This document shows positions 11,578 to 25,133 of a DNA stretch of 64,000 bases, one piece after another. The notes beneath the pieces are model-generated. The model did no database searches. It had not been told where the DNA came from and worked only from the letters and a program-made list of their open reading frames with translations. The translations under genes were made by a program, and so were the position numbers. The stretch is from Tortispora ganteri (lineage: Eukaryota): assembly GCA_003707115.1 (NCBI GenBank), contig PPNB01000001.1, forward strand, positions 434,001-498,000. The letters are read 5' to 3'. Numbering within the stretch: position 1 is the stretch's first letter; each line of letters begins with the position of its first letter.

Positions 11578-12386
11578 TGTTTGGTTTGGCAAATTTATTT
11601 TTTCTTTTAGCGTAATAAAGGAAAATTAAACAGGGTCCATCAATTCTGCCCCCTTTTTATATAATCTTACCTAGCCTTTTAGAGCCACTTTTTCCCAAAT
11701 TTGAGTTGTAATTCTAATTAAAGTTAACATTCAACTACGAAAAAATTCTCTTCACTTCTTCTTTTATAATGCAATGTTGGATCCAGTAGTAAGACTTGGT
11801 TTATATAAAAAAGTAAGTAAAATCCAATTCATGTATCATTTGTGCTCTTTTATCTGCAATTTTGTGCTTTTAACTGTCAATATGCGATACTAATGTAAAG
11901 CAAGAGTTGGAAAATCCCTCAACAGTAATGGTCCTTAGATAAACCTTAAAATGTTCATAATACAACCCTTCTATTAGACTTCTATAGTAGTTTTAGACAG
12001 TAATAAACGAAATTTTTATATTAAATACTAAAATACTTTATTAGTATTATATTTTAAAAAAAAAGCTACTATATTTTCATACTAGTGCGAGCAGTTGGTG
12101 ATAAGTAATGACAAAGTTATTCCTCATACCTGCTGTCTTTGCTGTCACTTTTGGGCATCAAACTATCTGTTTAGTGTCGTTCCTGATAAATGAGATTATT
12201 TAATGTCAAAGAAAAACGGTAGTATAAATAAATGTACTTTACATATAATATAGCTAAACCATTATTTTTAACAGTTTCTCAGTATATAATTTATATGCAC
12301 TAATTATTAAAACATCATATGATGATACGAAGCCAAGCGAACTTTGCGTAAATAAGATTTCGAGCAAATACTAGTTTAGGAAGTTA

Positions 12387-12397
12387 CACGTGAGTCA
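12387..12397. promoter_or_regulatory. Overlapping E-box (CACGTG) and AP-1/Gcn4-type site (TGAGTCA) in the GDH2-ADK1 divergent spacer
   Basis: Sequence CACGTGAGTCA; function inferred from yeast consensus sites only. Confidence 0.35.
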
Positions 12398-13089
12398 TCT
12401 TGACGTTGTCGGAACAATAGCTATTTCCCCGCATTTTTTTAGATGTCATCACATCACCCAAAGCAGTCTAAAAGGCTGCTCTAGGCTTGACTTACACTCA
12501 AAGTGCATTATAGCATATTAGTGCACTAAAAATACCCATGGCAGTTAATAAAAAAGTGTATATTTTCCTTAGTGCGGGATCGCTCAGACGCATATCGCAG
12601 TCTATTTCAACGCTAACGTTTCACATGCCCATCCTATCTTTGGGCGTATTGAATTACGCCACTTTCTCTAAGTACATCTTCTCGAGACCTTCAGTTAAAT
12701 GCGATCATTAATGGGGTTTTGCATTACATCAACCGGTAATTCCGTACACTATTTCCTTAGTAGGCTGCTAGGGAGACGGGCCAGATTAGGCTGGTTGGAG
12801 AATGCGTGGAAAAGGGAAAGGGGAAAGAAAAACCAAAAATGTTGTCATAACAACACACCTCTTCGAAGTTGCCGAATATTAGTAGAACATTAGCCCTAAC
12901 GGGACCCAACCAAAGCGAAATCTCGGGGTAGACAAAATACATAACTGTTTAAACCAGGAACCTTACCAAACCAATTCTTTATAGTTCCGGCAGCATAGCA
13001 GTACATTGCATCTAAAGCATTAAACACTCTGATTATTTTAAATATATTAGTGTTGTTCACCGCTAGTACTAATTGACATATTTAACTAA

Positions 13090-13866
<777 letters not shown>

Positions 13867-14220
13867 TGAATTTTTTTCAGTCGACTCTTTTAGTCATCTC
13901 TTATGCGTCGTCTCTTTAAAAATTTGCAGATCTCTTTTCCTCACTCGTAGTTTGCGACTTATCACCCATGACTTTGCTATTCGTATACTTTCCTCCCACA
14001 ATCCTTCAGCTACTCCTACCCTATTATGCCACATTCTAACGACATGCACATCAAGATTTTGATTTCCATATTCAAGTGCTGACTTAAATGTCTCTGATAA
14101 GTTTCAGTATTCACCAATATGCCTAGCTGGATCGCTGCACTTACCGGCTTGTTTCTTACCCTTGACTGTCCACCTCTCTGTATCTATTCCCACTTCACCA
14201 CCCATCGACATCCACCACCA

Positions 14221-14859
14221 ATGAGAAAAGCTTCATTAGACCGCAAAACCAACGAAACCCAAATATCAGTACACTTAAGCCTTGATGGAGGTTCGCTAGA
14301 CGCTGGATCTACTTCTTCTCATGCCACGCAAACGTCTTCCTCTCAGACTATCGCTGTCGAAACTGGTATTGGTTTCCTCGACCACATGCTCCACGCACTG
14401 GCCAAACATGCCGGCTGGAGTCTAGCACTTAAATGTTCCGGAGACCTCCATATAGACGACCACCACAGTGCTGAAGATTCTGCTATCGCCCTAGGAGCCG
14501 CTTTCAAGGATGCCCTTGGTGTCCCGAGAGGTATCAAGCGGTTTGGATCCGCCTTCGCTCCGCTTGACGAGGCCCTCTCGAGAGCAGTAGTAGACATTTC
14601 CGGACGACCCTACGCAGTCATAGAACTCGACCTCAAACGAGAGAAAATTGGTGACCTTTCTTGCGAAATGATTCCACACGTACTGCAGTCATTCGCGCAA
14701 GCCGCCGGTATTACTATTCACATTGATTGTATACGGGGCTTTAACGATCACCACAGAGCTGAATCAGCATTTAAGGCGCTGGCAGTGGCTATCAAGGAAG
14801 CAATATCACTAACTGGCTCTAATGATGTGCCCTCTACGAAGGGCACCTTAAATGCCTGA
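14221..14859 (+). CDS. HIS3: Imidazoleglycerol-phosphate dehydratase
   Basis: [50 protein letters not shown] 14221 is preferred over the upstream in-frame ATG 14119. Confidence 0.96.
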   Translation: MRKASLDRKTNETQISVHLSLDGGSLDAGSTSSHATQTSSSQTIAVETGIGFLDHMLHALAKHAGWSLALKCSGDLHIDDHHSAEDSAIALGAAFKDALGVPRGIKRFGSAFAPLDEALSRAVVDISGRPYAVIELDLKREKIGDLSCEMIPHVLQSFAQAAGITIHIDCIRGFNDHHRAESAFKALAVAIKEAISLTGSNDVPSTKGTLNA

Positions 14860-15034
14860 ACCTACTAGCTTAAATACAACACTACAATGCTCATCCTGCA
14901 TCTAAGTTTTTTTAAAAATAAAATGACTTAGAAACGTAAGCGTATAGAGCTAACCAACACACTTACGTCTAGCAAAAGTACAAGAGTGCTCAAAAAGGAA
15001 CTTATCCTGCTAATCGTCTCTCTATGCTCGCTGC

Positions 15035-17038
<2,004 letters not shown>

Positions 17039-17252
17039 TGTTAATATGTTTTTTGCTCACAGATACTAATGTGTAAGAACAAGAGGCAAGGTTAGTGGTT
17101 GTTACACAGGAGGCGTATAGATGGTTACTATGCAAAATTGTGGGTGTAGGGTATTTTTTAGGTTCCACGCTCTAGATTTAGCCTACTGTTGCGAAATAGT
17201 AATTGTAGTTATTATGGAATTATTAGCAGGATTTAGAGATTGAATGGGATTG

Positions 17253-18767
17253 CTAGTGGTCTACATCTTCCCAGGGTCGGCCATGGACATCTGCGAGTTC
17301 AGTTTCTGTTAGAACTCTACCGTCAGTGAAATAACCGGCACTAATCTTAGCGTCTATCTCTACGCGAGAGTCTTCAGGGATCATGTCCTCGGGAATGGGC
17401 ACTCGTTCTATAATCGAGATGCCCTGACTGACAATGGCGTCGTGCTTCATGTTAGACATGGAAAGCATTCTATCGATCTTTGTGATTCCCAACCAGTGCA
17501 GAATGTCTGGCATCAGAGCTTGGAATCGCATATCCTTGACGCCGGCGATGTTCTCCGTACGAGTAAAGTACTCTGCAGCCGAATCGCCATATCTTTTGCG
17601 AGCATTGTACACGAGATACTTCGTAACCTCTCCGAGAGCACGTCCTTCTTTGCGGAAGTAAATTACGACCCCAGAGCCGCCGTTCTGGGCTTCTTTCACG
17701 GCCTCTTCAATGCCGAAAAGCAGGTAAGGCCGGCACGTGCAGATATCTGATCCGAATACATCAGAGCCATTGCACTCATCGTGGACTCGAAGCGCAAGTT
17801 TAAAGTTGGTATCTGCAACCTTTGAAACGTCTCCGAATATATAGACTGTCAGTCCTCCAATTGGTGGTAGAAAGACCTTGATGTCCGGACGAGTTATTAA
17901 TTCCGGATAGCTGCCGCCAGTGTCTTCGAAGAGCGCGCGACGGAGTGCTGTTTCTGATATGTTAAAGCGCTCTGCTACCCCGGGCAGATACCACACAGGT
18001 TCTGCGGCCACCTTTGTAACTGCAAGGTCTCCACGATCATTGATGACTATCTTTCCGTCGACCTTAATTCTTCCCGTTGCTACCGCGCGTTCCATTTCCA
18101 CGAGAGACATGTGGGCCTTGGTGATCGCCATTGTTGGGCGCACCTGGAGCGGGGTGCCGTCTGGTGCGGTCCACTTACTAAAAATCCAAGGGGCTACATG
18201 GCCGAATGGGTCAATAGAGACAATTTTCTTGCTGTTGCCCCATTGTGGGAAAGGTCCGAAAACCACGGGTGGCTGCGCGTTCTCATAGTTGGGGATGTGA
18301 TCGACGGGGAGATCGTCGATCGCCACAGCTAGGGCATGGTATATGGAGTAGGAGCCGCCATGTGCACCTATACAGTTGCGGTACTTAACTGCCTCCGGTG
18401 CTCTAGAGGCAATGAGAGGTCCACGGACCATAGCATCGCTATTGCCCCAATGGAGCGGGATGGGTTTGACACCTGACTGGTGTGGATAGGTAGTAAGGAT
18501 TACTCTAGGTCCCCATTTCTGTGAAGTTATAGACGAACTAGCGGTGATCGGTTTGGTAGTCTTGTGCGGAGGTGAATCTGGAGCTTTGACTATGGGTGCA
18601 GGGAGTGTTGGAGTTGGGCTGTCTTTCAGTGAGGCGCTGGTCTTTTGTACGGCGACAGCAGCGAGTGTGTCGACTTTAGCAGCTAATGCAGCCTGTTGTT
18701 GCTTCAATTCGTTCAATGTCGCGAAAATTTGCGCTAAAATATCATTTTTGCCATTAGTATCTGTCAT
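17253..18767 (-). CDS. Urg1-like GTP cyclohydrolase II-domain protein
   Basis: GTP_CH_N-type region (IGAHGGSYSIY) followed by RVHDECNGSDVFGSDICTC and RKEGRALGEVTK; first ATG at 18767. Confidence 0.9.
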   Translation of the reverse strand: MTDTNGKNDILAQIFATLNELKQQQAALAAKVDTLAAVAVQKTSASLKDSPTPTLPAPIVKAPDSPPHKTTKPITASSSITSQKWGPRVILTTYPHQSGVKPIPLHWGNSDAMVRGPLIASRAPEAVKYRNCIGAHGGSYSIYHALAVAIDDLPVDHIPNYENAQPPVVFGPFPQWGNSKKIVSIDPFGHVAPWIFSKWTAPDGTPLQVRPTMAITKAHMSLVEMERAVATGRIKVDGKIVINDRGDLAVTKVAAEPVWYLPGVAERFNISETALRRALFEDTGGSYPELITRPDIKVFLPPIGGLTVYIFGDVSKVADTNFKLALRVHDECNGSDVFGSDICTCRPYLLFGIEEAVKEAQNGGSGVVIYFRKEGRALGEVTKYLVYNARKRYGDSAAEYFTRTENIAGVKDMRFQALMPDILHWLGITKIDRMLSMSNMKHDAIVSQGISIIERVPIPEDMIPEDSRVEIDAKISAGYFTDGRVLTETELADVHGRPWEDVDH

Positions 18768-19129
18768 TTTACGTCTTTTATAGAACAATTGCGTAAATAT
18801 TGGGTCGCAAGCAGGTGTTGTTTTCAACAAGTAATCGCAGATAGGGAATAGCGGTCGGGTTGTAGTGCTTATCTGTTTCCACCCAGCCGTACTAGGAAGG
18901 AGTTGCAACTGCCATTCCAGGAAAGGCCACAAACAGTATTTACGCCACAATATTATAGTATACTATTAAAAATATGTGAATCCAATTGATATGTAAATTA
19001 TACAAATATTCAGACAATTTTTATTTTGTAGTGTATTCATAACAGGCACTATATGAGAGGCAATGTTGAGTCGCTGGTGGGAGACACTGGGGTCGATGTT
19101 TAACACCAGAAAACCTTACATTCGATAGA

Positions 19130-19393
19130 ATGGGCAAGAGGAAGAAAAGTTCAAGAACGCCACAAAAAAGGGTCAGAATACCTTTAGACACCGTATTTTC
19201 GTGTCCATTTTGCAATCATGAGAAGTCTGTTACGTGTACAATGGATAAAAAACTCGGTGTAGGCACGCTGTCGTGTAAAGTATGTGGACAAGACTTTCAA
19301 GCACCTATTAATTCTCTTTCGGCGCCCATTGATGTTTATTCGGAATGGATAGATGCCTGCGAAGCTGTTGCTGATAATGACTTTGACGACTAA
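19130..19393 (+). CDS. ELF1: Transcription elongation factor Elf1
   Basis: MGKRKKS...[12 protein letters not shown]...CKVC...[10 protein letters not shown]. Confidence 0.96.
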   Translation: MGKRKKSSRTPQKRVRIPLDTVFSCPFCNHEKSVTCTMDKKLGVGTLSCKVCGQDFQAPINSLSAPIDVYSEWIDACEAVADNDFDD

Positions 19394-19494
19394 TAAAGGT
19401 GGCGAAAATTATTTCATCTAATAATGTGACTTTCGTATAACGTAGAAAGGTTGGAAAGTGTGTATAGTAAAAATACTGTATATATGAGTTGTCG

Positions 19495-21486
19495 CTAGTT
19501 GGCTTTGGCCCAGTCTCTGTACCATTGTAAACACTCCTCGTTTGCCACGCTATTACCTGCGACTTTCGGCTCGTATCCACTAACTATCTTTTTCACTAAA
19601 GTCTCGATCTTTTTTCCGTTTGGCGTCATGGGGATATCCGGCGTGTCAATGATCACCGCAGGAACGTGTCTGGCGCTCAAATCTTCTCTTATTGTTGCAC
19701 GAATGCGATTTCTCAAGTCATCCGTAAACGACAATCCCGGCTGCATCTTCAGGAAAAGCAACACAGACTCGTCGTCATCATTCTCTCTGCGTCTGCCGAC
19801 ACAGAGACTGTCCTCAACCTCCTTGTTGAAGAACTTTTCGATGATATTGTAGATTTCACTCGACCCAAATCGCACACCTGATGGCTTTAGTACGCCATCC
19901 GAACGTCCAAGCATGAGGAAACCTTTGGTCTCTGGGTTCTGTTTCAAATAATCTCCATGGTGCCAAACACCAGGGAATGTCTCAAAATAACTCGCCTTAT
20001 ACCGCTCTCCACTTTCGTCGTTCCAAAACATGACAGGCATGACGGGGAACGCTTTTGTGCAAACAAGATCTCCCGGAGTATTAGGTGAAACGGGCTTTCC
20101 AGAATTATCCCACACCTCCATGGCCATGGCAAGACCTGCGCACTGGATCTCACCACGGTGCACAGGCAACAGAAACGATGGTGCGCCAAATAGCGACAGG
20201 ATATCAGTTCCACCAGTGATAGACGCAAGAAGTATTGGTGGGAATGCCTTGTATACGTAGTCGTACGTGCTGGGCGGTAATACAGAGCCTGTCGACGTAA
20301 TGGCGCGAAGTTTCTCCAATCTGAAGTTGTTCTTGGGAAACGCACCACGCTGTTCTAGAACAGTAAGGTACTTGGCAGATGTACCAAAAACCTCGACCTT
20401 GAGTTCGTCTGCTAATTTCCAGAGTGTTTCAGGTCCGTCAGGGACAAAGGGAGAACCATCATAGAGAACAATAGTCGCACCGGAAGCCAGACCGGAGATG
20501 AGCCACTGCCACATCATCCAGCTGCAAGTGGTGTACTGGAAAAAAACTTGATTCAGACCGAGATCTAGGTGAATTTGGTGTTCTTTTTTGTGCTGGAGAA
20601 GCGTGCCTCCTTGGCCGTGGACTATACATTTAGGTTTTCCAGTAGTGCCAGAGGAGTATAGGATGAATAAGGGATGGTCAAAAGCTAGCTGTTCAAAGAC
20701 AAGCTCCACAGATGCGGTCGATTTGATGAATTCATCGTAGATCCATACTTTTGCCGAAGAGTGGGGCACGTCTGCGAGTGATACAGTAGCCGTGGACTGC
20801 GGGACGAGTATAACATGCTCAAGGGACGGTAGAGCAGCTGTTATTTCAGCAACACGGTCAGTAGTATTATGCAGTTTGCCGTTGTAAACTGCACCAATAT
20901 CTGCGATGAGAATTTTGGGGTTTATTTGAGAGAATCTGTCTATAACGGATACCGCGCCGATCTCGGAGCTGGTAGAGGACCAAATAGCACCAATAGATGA
21001 GACTGCGAGGATTGACACAAGCGTAGAGTAGTTATTATTAACAAAGGCCGCAACACGGTCGCCGGTTTGTAAGCCAATAGCGCGGAAAGAGGATGCAGCA
21101 GCCTGGACGTCGGTGCGGAGTTGTGACCACGAGATAGATCGTCGGCCAGCTTCGCCGGCTTCGTACACCGCGACATCGTCAGGATTGGGAGCGGGGACGG
21201 GATAGAGTAAGTTCTGTGCGTAGTTAAGTCTAGCACCGGCAAACCACTCTTTACGTGGGTATAAAGGGGCATCAGCGGACTCTATGACCTTCGTGAAGGG
21301 CTCTGAAGCGACTATGTTGGTGAAGTTCCAGGTTTCTTCCCAGAACTGAGAGACGTTATCGATAGACCAACTATGGAGATCGAAGTAAGAGGTTAGAGGC
21401 ACTCCATATTTCTCCGATATAAGCTTCATAAACTTATAACATTGTGTGCGATCAGGCGCAGGTGGAGTCCAAAGTTCAGTAGACAT
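19495..21486 (-). CDS. Acetoacetyl-CoA synthetase
   Basis: YSSGTTGKPKCIVH AMP-binding motif, SITGGTD, GRSDGVLKPSGVRFGS; likely start MSTELWTP at 21486. Confidence 0.92.
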   Translation of the reverse strand: MSTELWTPPAPDRTQCYKFMKLISEKYGVPLTSYFDLHSWSIDNVSQFWEETWNFTNIVASEPFTKVIESADAPLYPRKEWFAGARLNYAQNLLYPVPAPNPDDVAVYEAGEAGRRSISWSQLRTDVQAAASSFRAIGLQTGDRVAAFVNNNYSTLVSILAVSSIGAIWSSTSSEIGAVSVIDRFSQINPKILIADIGAVYNGKLHNTTDRVAEITAALPSLEHVILVPQSTATVSLADVPHSSAKVWIYDEFIKSTASVELVFEQLAFDHPLFILYSSGTTGKPKCIVHGQGGTLLQHKKEHQIHLDLGLNQVFFQYTTCSWMMWQWLISGLASGATIVLYDGSPFVPDGPETLWKLADELKVEVFGTSAKYLTVLEQRGAFPKNNFRLEKLRAITSTGSVLPPSTYDYVYKAFPPILLASITGGTDILSLFGAPSFLLPVHRGEIQCAGLAMAMEVWDNSGKPVSPNTPGDLVCTKAFPVMPVMFWNDESGERYKASYFETFPGVWHHGDYLKQNPETKGFLMLGRSDGVLKPSGVRFGSSEIYNIIEKFFNKEVEDSLCVGRRRENDDDESVLLFLKMQPGLSFTDDLRNRIRATIREDLSARHVPAVIIDTPDIPMTPNGKKIETLVKKIVSGYEPKVAGNSVANEECLQWYRDWAKAN

Positions 21487-21772
21487 GGTAGGACGAATAA
21501 AAGAGAAGATCGCGAAGGTGGTATGGGGTAAAGAGAGTTTGCGATGGTTGAGCAAACGACACACCCCATTGGGGAGAGAGGCAGAGTCGGGAGTACAACG
21601 GGGGACGCACAGTAACCCGTTACCCTGGTTTGATTTTGGAAGGCGTGGTGCAAAAAAGGGCAAGACGAACCCACCCTTGCATACTGCGTCTGCAGCTTAA
21701 ATAGGGCACGAGGCACACAACTGGTAAAGAAACAGCAGACACTTCAAGACGAGTACTGAATAAGGCGGAAAG

Positions 21773-22327
21773 ATGGTACCACCTAAAGCGAGAAGAATAG
21801 CTGTTGTGGGATCAAGATCAGTGGGGAAGTCGTCTATGACAGTCCAATTTGTGGAGGACCACTTTGTAGAATCGTACTATCCGACAATCGAGAACCAATT
21901 CTCAAAAGTGATCAGATATAAGGGCCAAGAGTATGCGACGGAGATCCTTGACACTGCTGGCCAGGACGAGTTCAGCATTATGAACCAGAAACACTTCATC
22001 GGAGTGCATGGGTACATATTGGTGTACTCTGTCGCGTCCCGGACGTCGTTTGAGACGATCAAGGTGATCAGAGACAAAATTCTAAACAACACTGGCGCTG
22101 ATAATATACCTATGGTTATTGTGGGTAACAAGATTGACCTGCACTTGCAGCGGCAGGTGTCCACGGAGGAGGGCAAGGCCCTGGCAGACGAGTGGGGATG
22201 TGCGTTCATTGAAACCAGTGCACGTCACAACGAGAACGTTGCCAGAGCATTCGAACTCCTGATCGCGGGCATCGAGTCTGCTAACGAGCCCATATCTCAG
22301 AGCTCAAAGGGCTGTTTAATTCAGTAA
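21773..22327 (+). CDS. RHB1: Rheb GTPase
   Basis: GSRSVGKS (Rheb-specific Arg), YYPTIEN, DTAGQDE, GNKID, CaaX CLIQ. Confidence 0.96.
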   Translation: MVPPKARRIAVVGSRSVGKSSMTVQFVEDHFVESYYPTIENQFSKVIRYKGQEYATEILDTAGQDEFSIMNQKHFIGVHGYILVYSVASRTSFETIKVIRDKILNNTGADNIPMVIVGNKIDLHLQRQVSTEEGKALADEWGCAFIETSARHNENVARAFELLIAGIESANEPISQSSKGCLIQ

Positions 22328-22460
22328 ATCAAATTGACTATCTTAAGCATGCCATATCGCGCGTGCGCGTCGTTCTTAAAGGGGTTTCATACATGCACAC
22401 ATACACAAACACTTACATTAGCCTTTTTTTTTCTCCCTCTTAAACCCACCACACAACAAT

Positions 22461-24365
22461 ATGGACTCTTCGCCATCGAAGCGGCGCCGATCGGACGAAT
22501 CTTCAGATGTGCTACCAGATAAGCGACAGAAACAATCCGAATTAAACCGCCAGTTTACTGGATGCTCCTCCTTCCACATAAATTACGACCTCATCGCCAA
22601 ACTCGGCGAGGGCACATTCGGCGAAGTGCATAAGGCCAGAAACAAGTCTACCGGCACCCTCGTAGCCCTCAAGCGTATCCTCATGCACAATGAAAAGGAA
22701 GGTTTCCCTATCACTGCTTTGCGTGAGATAAAGATCCTCAAGTCTCTCAATCAAACCAATATCATCCCGCTTTTAGACATGGCCGTCGAGCCAGGCGATA
22801 TCGCCTCAAGAAAGAAAGCTATTGTATATATGGTTACTCCATATATGGACCACGATCTGGCTGGTTTACTAAGTAACCCAAACGTCACTTTTACTGTCTC
22901 TCAGGTTAAGCTCTACCTCCGTCAACTTCTTTTCGGCGTCAGGTATCTCCACGAGCACCAAATAATACACCGCGACATCAAGTCTGCAAATCTCCTCATA
23001 GATAACGCTGGTTTCCTTAAAATTGCAGATTTCGGTCTCGCAAGACACTTTTATGAGAAACCCCCGGAAAGAGACGCCACAAAAATGAATCCCGCCTCAA
23101 GAGATTATACAAACCATGTCGTCACTAGGTGGTACCGCCCGCCTGAGCTCCTCCTCGGCGACCGCAGGTACACTGGAGCTGTCGATATATGGGGAGTTGG
23201 CTGTATATTCGCTGAGATGTTCAGAAGAAAACCCATAATGCAAGGTGCCTCTGACTTTGACCAGACAATGCTTATCTTTCAACTCTGTGGATCACCCACC
23301 GAGGAAACTATGCCTGGCTACAAGTCGTTGCCTGAAGGCAATGTCGATTACGGCGAGTACAAGCCTTCGATTCATACACAGTTCTCAGACTTAGGTCCTG
23401 AGGGTGTCTCTCTATTACAACAACTTTTCAACTTGAACCACCACGAGCGAATCACCGCAGCTGCCGCGCTCAATCACGTTTACTTCCGTACTCGACCGTT
23501 CACTGCCCGGCGAAAGGACTTGCCAAAGTATGAGTCGTCACATGAGTCGGATAAACAGCGGTTCCGAGCCGAACAAAAAGAACCTCTGCCATCTGTTGTC
23601 AATGACGCCTATGTGCGCGACAAACCGCCCCGAAGAGACTATGATAGTGCAGGACAGTGGCGCAAAAGACCCAATCAAAGAGACAGGTACACTAATTACA
23701 AACGGTTTAATGATGACGAATCAAAATTAAGGCAGGAAGACATGTATGGAGAGGCAACGGCAATCGATAGAAAACAAAACATCGCGTATGCCGACAGGAG
23801 AGGAAGAGATACCTACAAAAATGATTATCGCGCTTATCAAAATGATAAGAGAGCAGAATATCGTGACCGGAAAGAGGACCATCGCTATGACTGGAGAAGC
23901 GACTACTACGATCGACGGGACGAGTATCGAGATGATCGGAGAAACGATTTCCGCGATCAACGAGAAGAGCATCGTGATAACAGAAGGGATAACTATTATG
24001 CACGGCAAGAAGGCTACCGTGAGGACCGGAGAATCTATTACCACATTGATAGACGCGATGGATATCCCGACAATAGGGAAGGCAATCGCGAAGATAGAAG
24101 GCCTCCGCATAGAAACGGACGGGAGAATAATGCTAGAGATGAAGGACTTCCTGTACAGGATTCCAAAGAACTTCCGCGTGAAAATATCACAAAACCTAAT
24201 ACCACAGCTGTGAAACCTGAGATCGCTAGCAACGACCTATGGAATCGAATAGAGCAGAAGCCCACGCCCGGGACAGACCGTGATAGAAAAGCAGGCGGCA
24301 AAGGAAGGAGTCGTGTTCGGTATGACGACGTCAGCGAACCAGGCTTACCGTATGATGATCAGTAA
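22461..24365 (+). CDS. BUR1: Bur1/Cdk9 cyclin-dependent kinase with Arg/Asp-rich tail
   Basis: GEGTFGEV, GFPITALREI, YMDHDL, HRDIKSAN, VVTRWYRPPELL. Confidence 0.92.
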   Translation: MDSSPSKRRRSDESSDVLPDKRQKQSELNRQFTGCSSFHINYDLIAKLGEGTFGEVHKARNKSTGTLVALKRILMHNEKEGFPITALREIKILKSLNQTNIIPLLDMAVEPGDIASRKKAIVYMVTPYMDHDLAGLLSNPNVTFTVSQVKLYLRQLLFGVRYLHEHQIIHRDIKSANLLIDNAGFLKIADFGLARHFYEKPPERDATKMNPASRDYTNHVVTRWYRPPELLLGDRRYTGAVDIWGVGCIFAEMFRRKPIMQGASDFDQTMLIFQLCGSPTEETMPGYKSLPEGNVDYGEYKPSIHTQFSDLGPEGVSLLQQLFNLNHHERITAAAALNHVYFRTRPFTARRKDLPKYESSHESDKQRFRAEQKEPLPSVVNDAYVRDKPPRRDYDSAGQWRKRPNQRDRYTNYKRFNDDESKLRQEDMYGEATAIDRKQNIAYADRRGRDTYKNDYRAYQNDKRAEYRDRKEDHRYDWRSDYYDRRDEYRDDRRNDFRDQREEHRDNRRDNYYARQEGYREDRRIYYHIDRRDGYPDNREGNREDRRPPHRNGRENNARDEGLPVQDSKELPRENITKPNTTAVKPEIASNDLWNRIEQKPTPGTDRDRKAGGKGRSRVRYDDVSEPGLPYDDQ

Positions 24366-24379
24366 GCAATTATATGTGA

Positions 24380-25006
24380 TTACGTGGTGCTTCCTGAGGG
24401 AATTATGTATGTATCGCTGGCGAGTCGGCCAGAGTTTGGATAATGCTTTTGAATTAAATTGCGGGTGATTATTAAGAAAGATCGGTACTTTAATGTTTTG
24501 CATTCTGGGATATTATGCATAGTTTTGTATAAGAGGTGTAAATCGATGATACCGGGTCTCTTATTCAGCATATTTAATTCGTTACACTGATACTTCAAGC
24601 GGTCGTCAATTAATGATTTTATGATATTTTCTAGATGCCAGTCAGGTACCACTAAAAAGTTAGATTTATCTTCATATTGCCATTCGGGTCGTTTGGATAA
24701 TTTGCCGGCCAAGAACAGTTTAATTAAATCGCCTAAAAGAGCTTCTTCTGGACGCAGGAGGAGGTTCAATGCAGGATCTGTGTACCACTTAGCTACCTCT
24801 TTGGATGTCAGAAGCAAATCCGGGTTAACCTTTTCGCATTGTTCAAAGTCGCATAAATATGATTCAAGCAAAATCCGCCGTTGCCTTCGCGATTTAGGAT
24901 GATCCTTGAGGAGTCTATGGAGTCCTTTATGCTTCAGAAGCATACGTGGGTGAAGAAGTGCACGAGAAACTGGAAGCGTGTAATTGGGAGGGTATTGGCC
25001 AATCAC
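24380..25006 (-). CDS. Hypothetical protein; 5' end uncertain (possible short first exon at 25070-25061)
   Basis: 208-codon ORF filling the BUR1-AHA1 gap; GTG start in the track; no family recognised. Confidence 0.55.
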   Translation of the reverse strand: MIGQYPPNYTLPVSRALLHPRMLLKHKGLHRLLKDHPKSRRQRRILLESYLCDFEQCEKVNPDLLLTSKEVAKWYTDPALNLLLRPEEALLGDLIKLFLAGKLSKRPEWQYEDKSNFLVVPDWHLENIIKSLIDDRLKYQCNELNMLNKRPGIIDLHLLYKTMHNIPECKTLKYRSFLIITRNLIQKHYPNSGRLASDTYIIPSGSTT

Positions 25007-25133
25007 AGAAACTACACAGCCTTAATAAAGTTCAAGGCATAGAAGTTTCTGGGTTTCTACCTTCTGCCATTTATATATAAATAGATATAATAGCAGATTA
25101 ACGATACTTTTTCAGCGCAGATACTAAGAAAAG

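Noticed and set aside
23790..24130. Repetitive R/D/E-rich segment and overlapping ORFs
   Set aside because: Low-complexity tail of Bur1; not a DNA repeat array or CRISPR.
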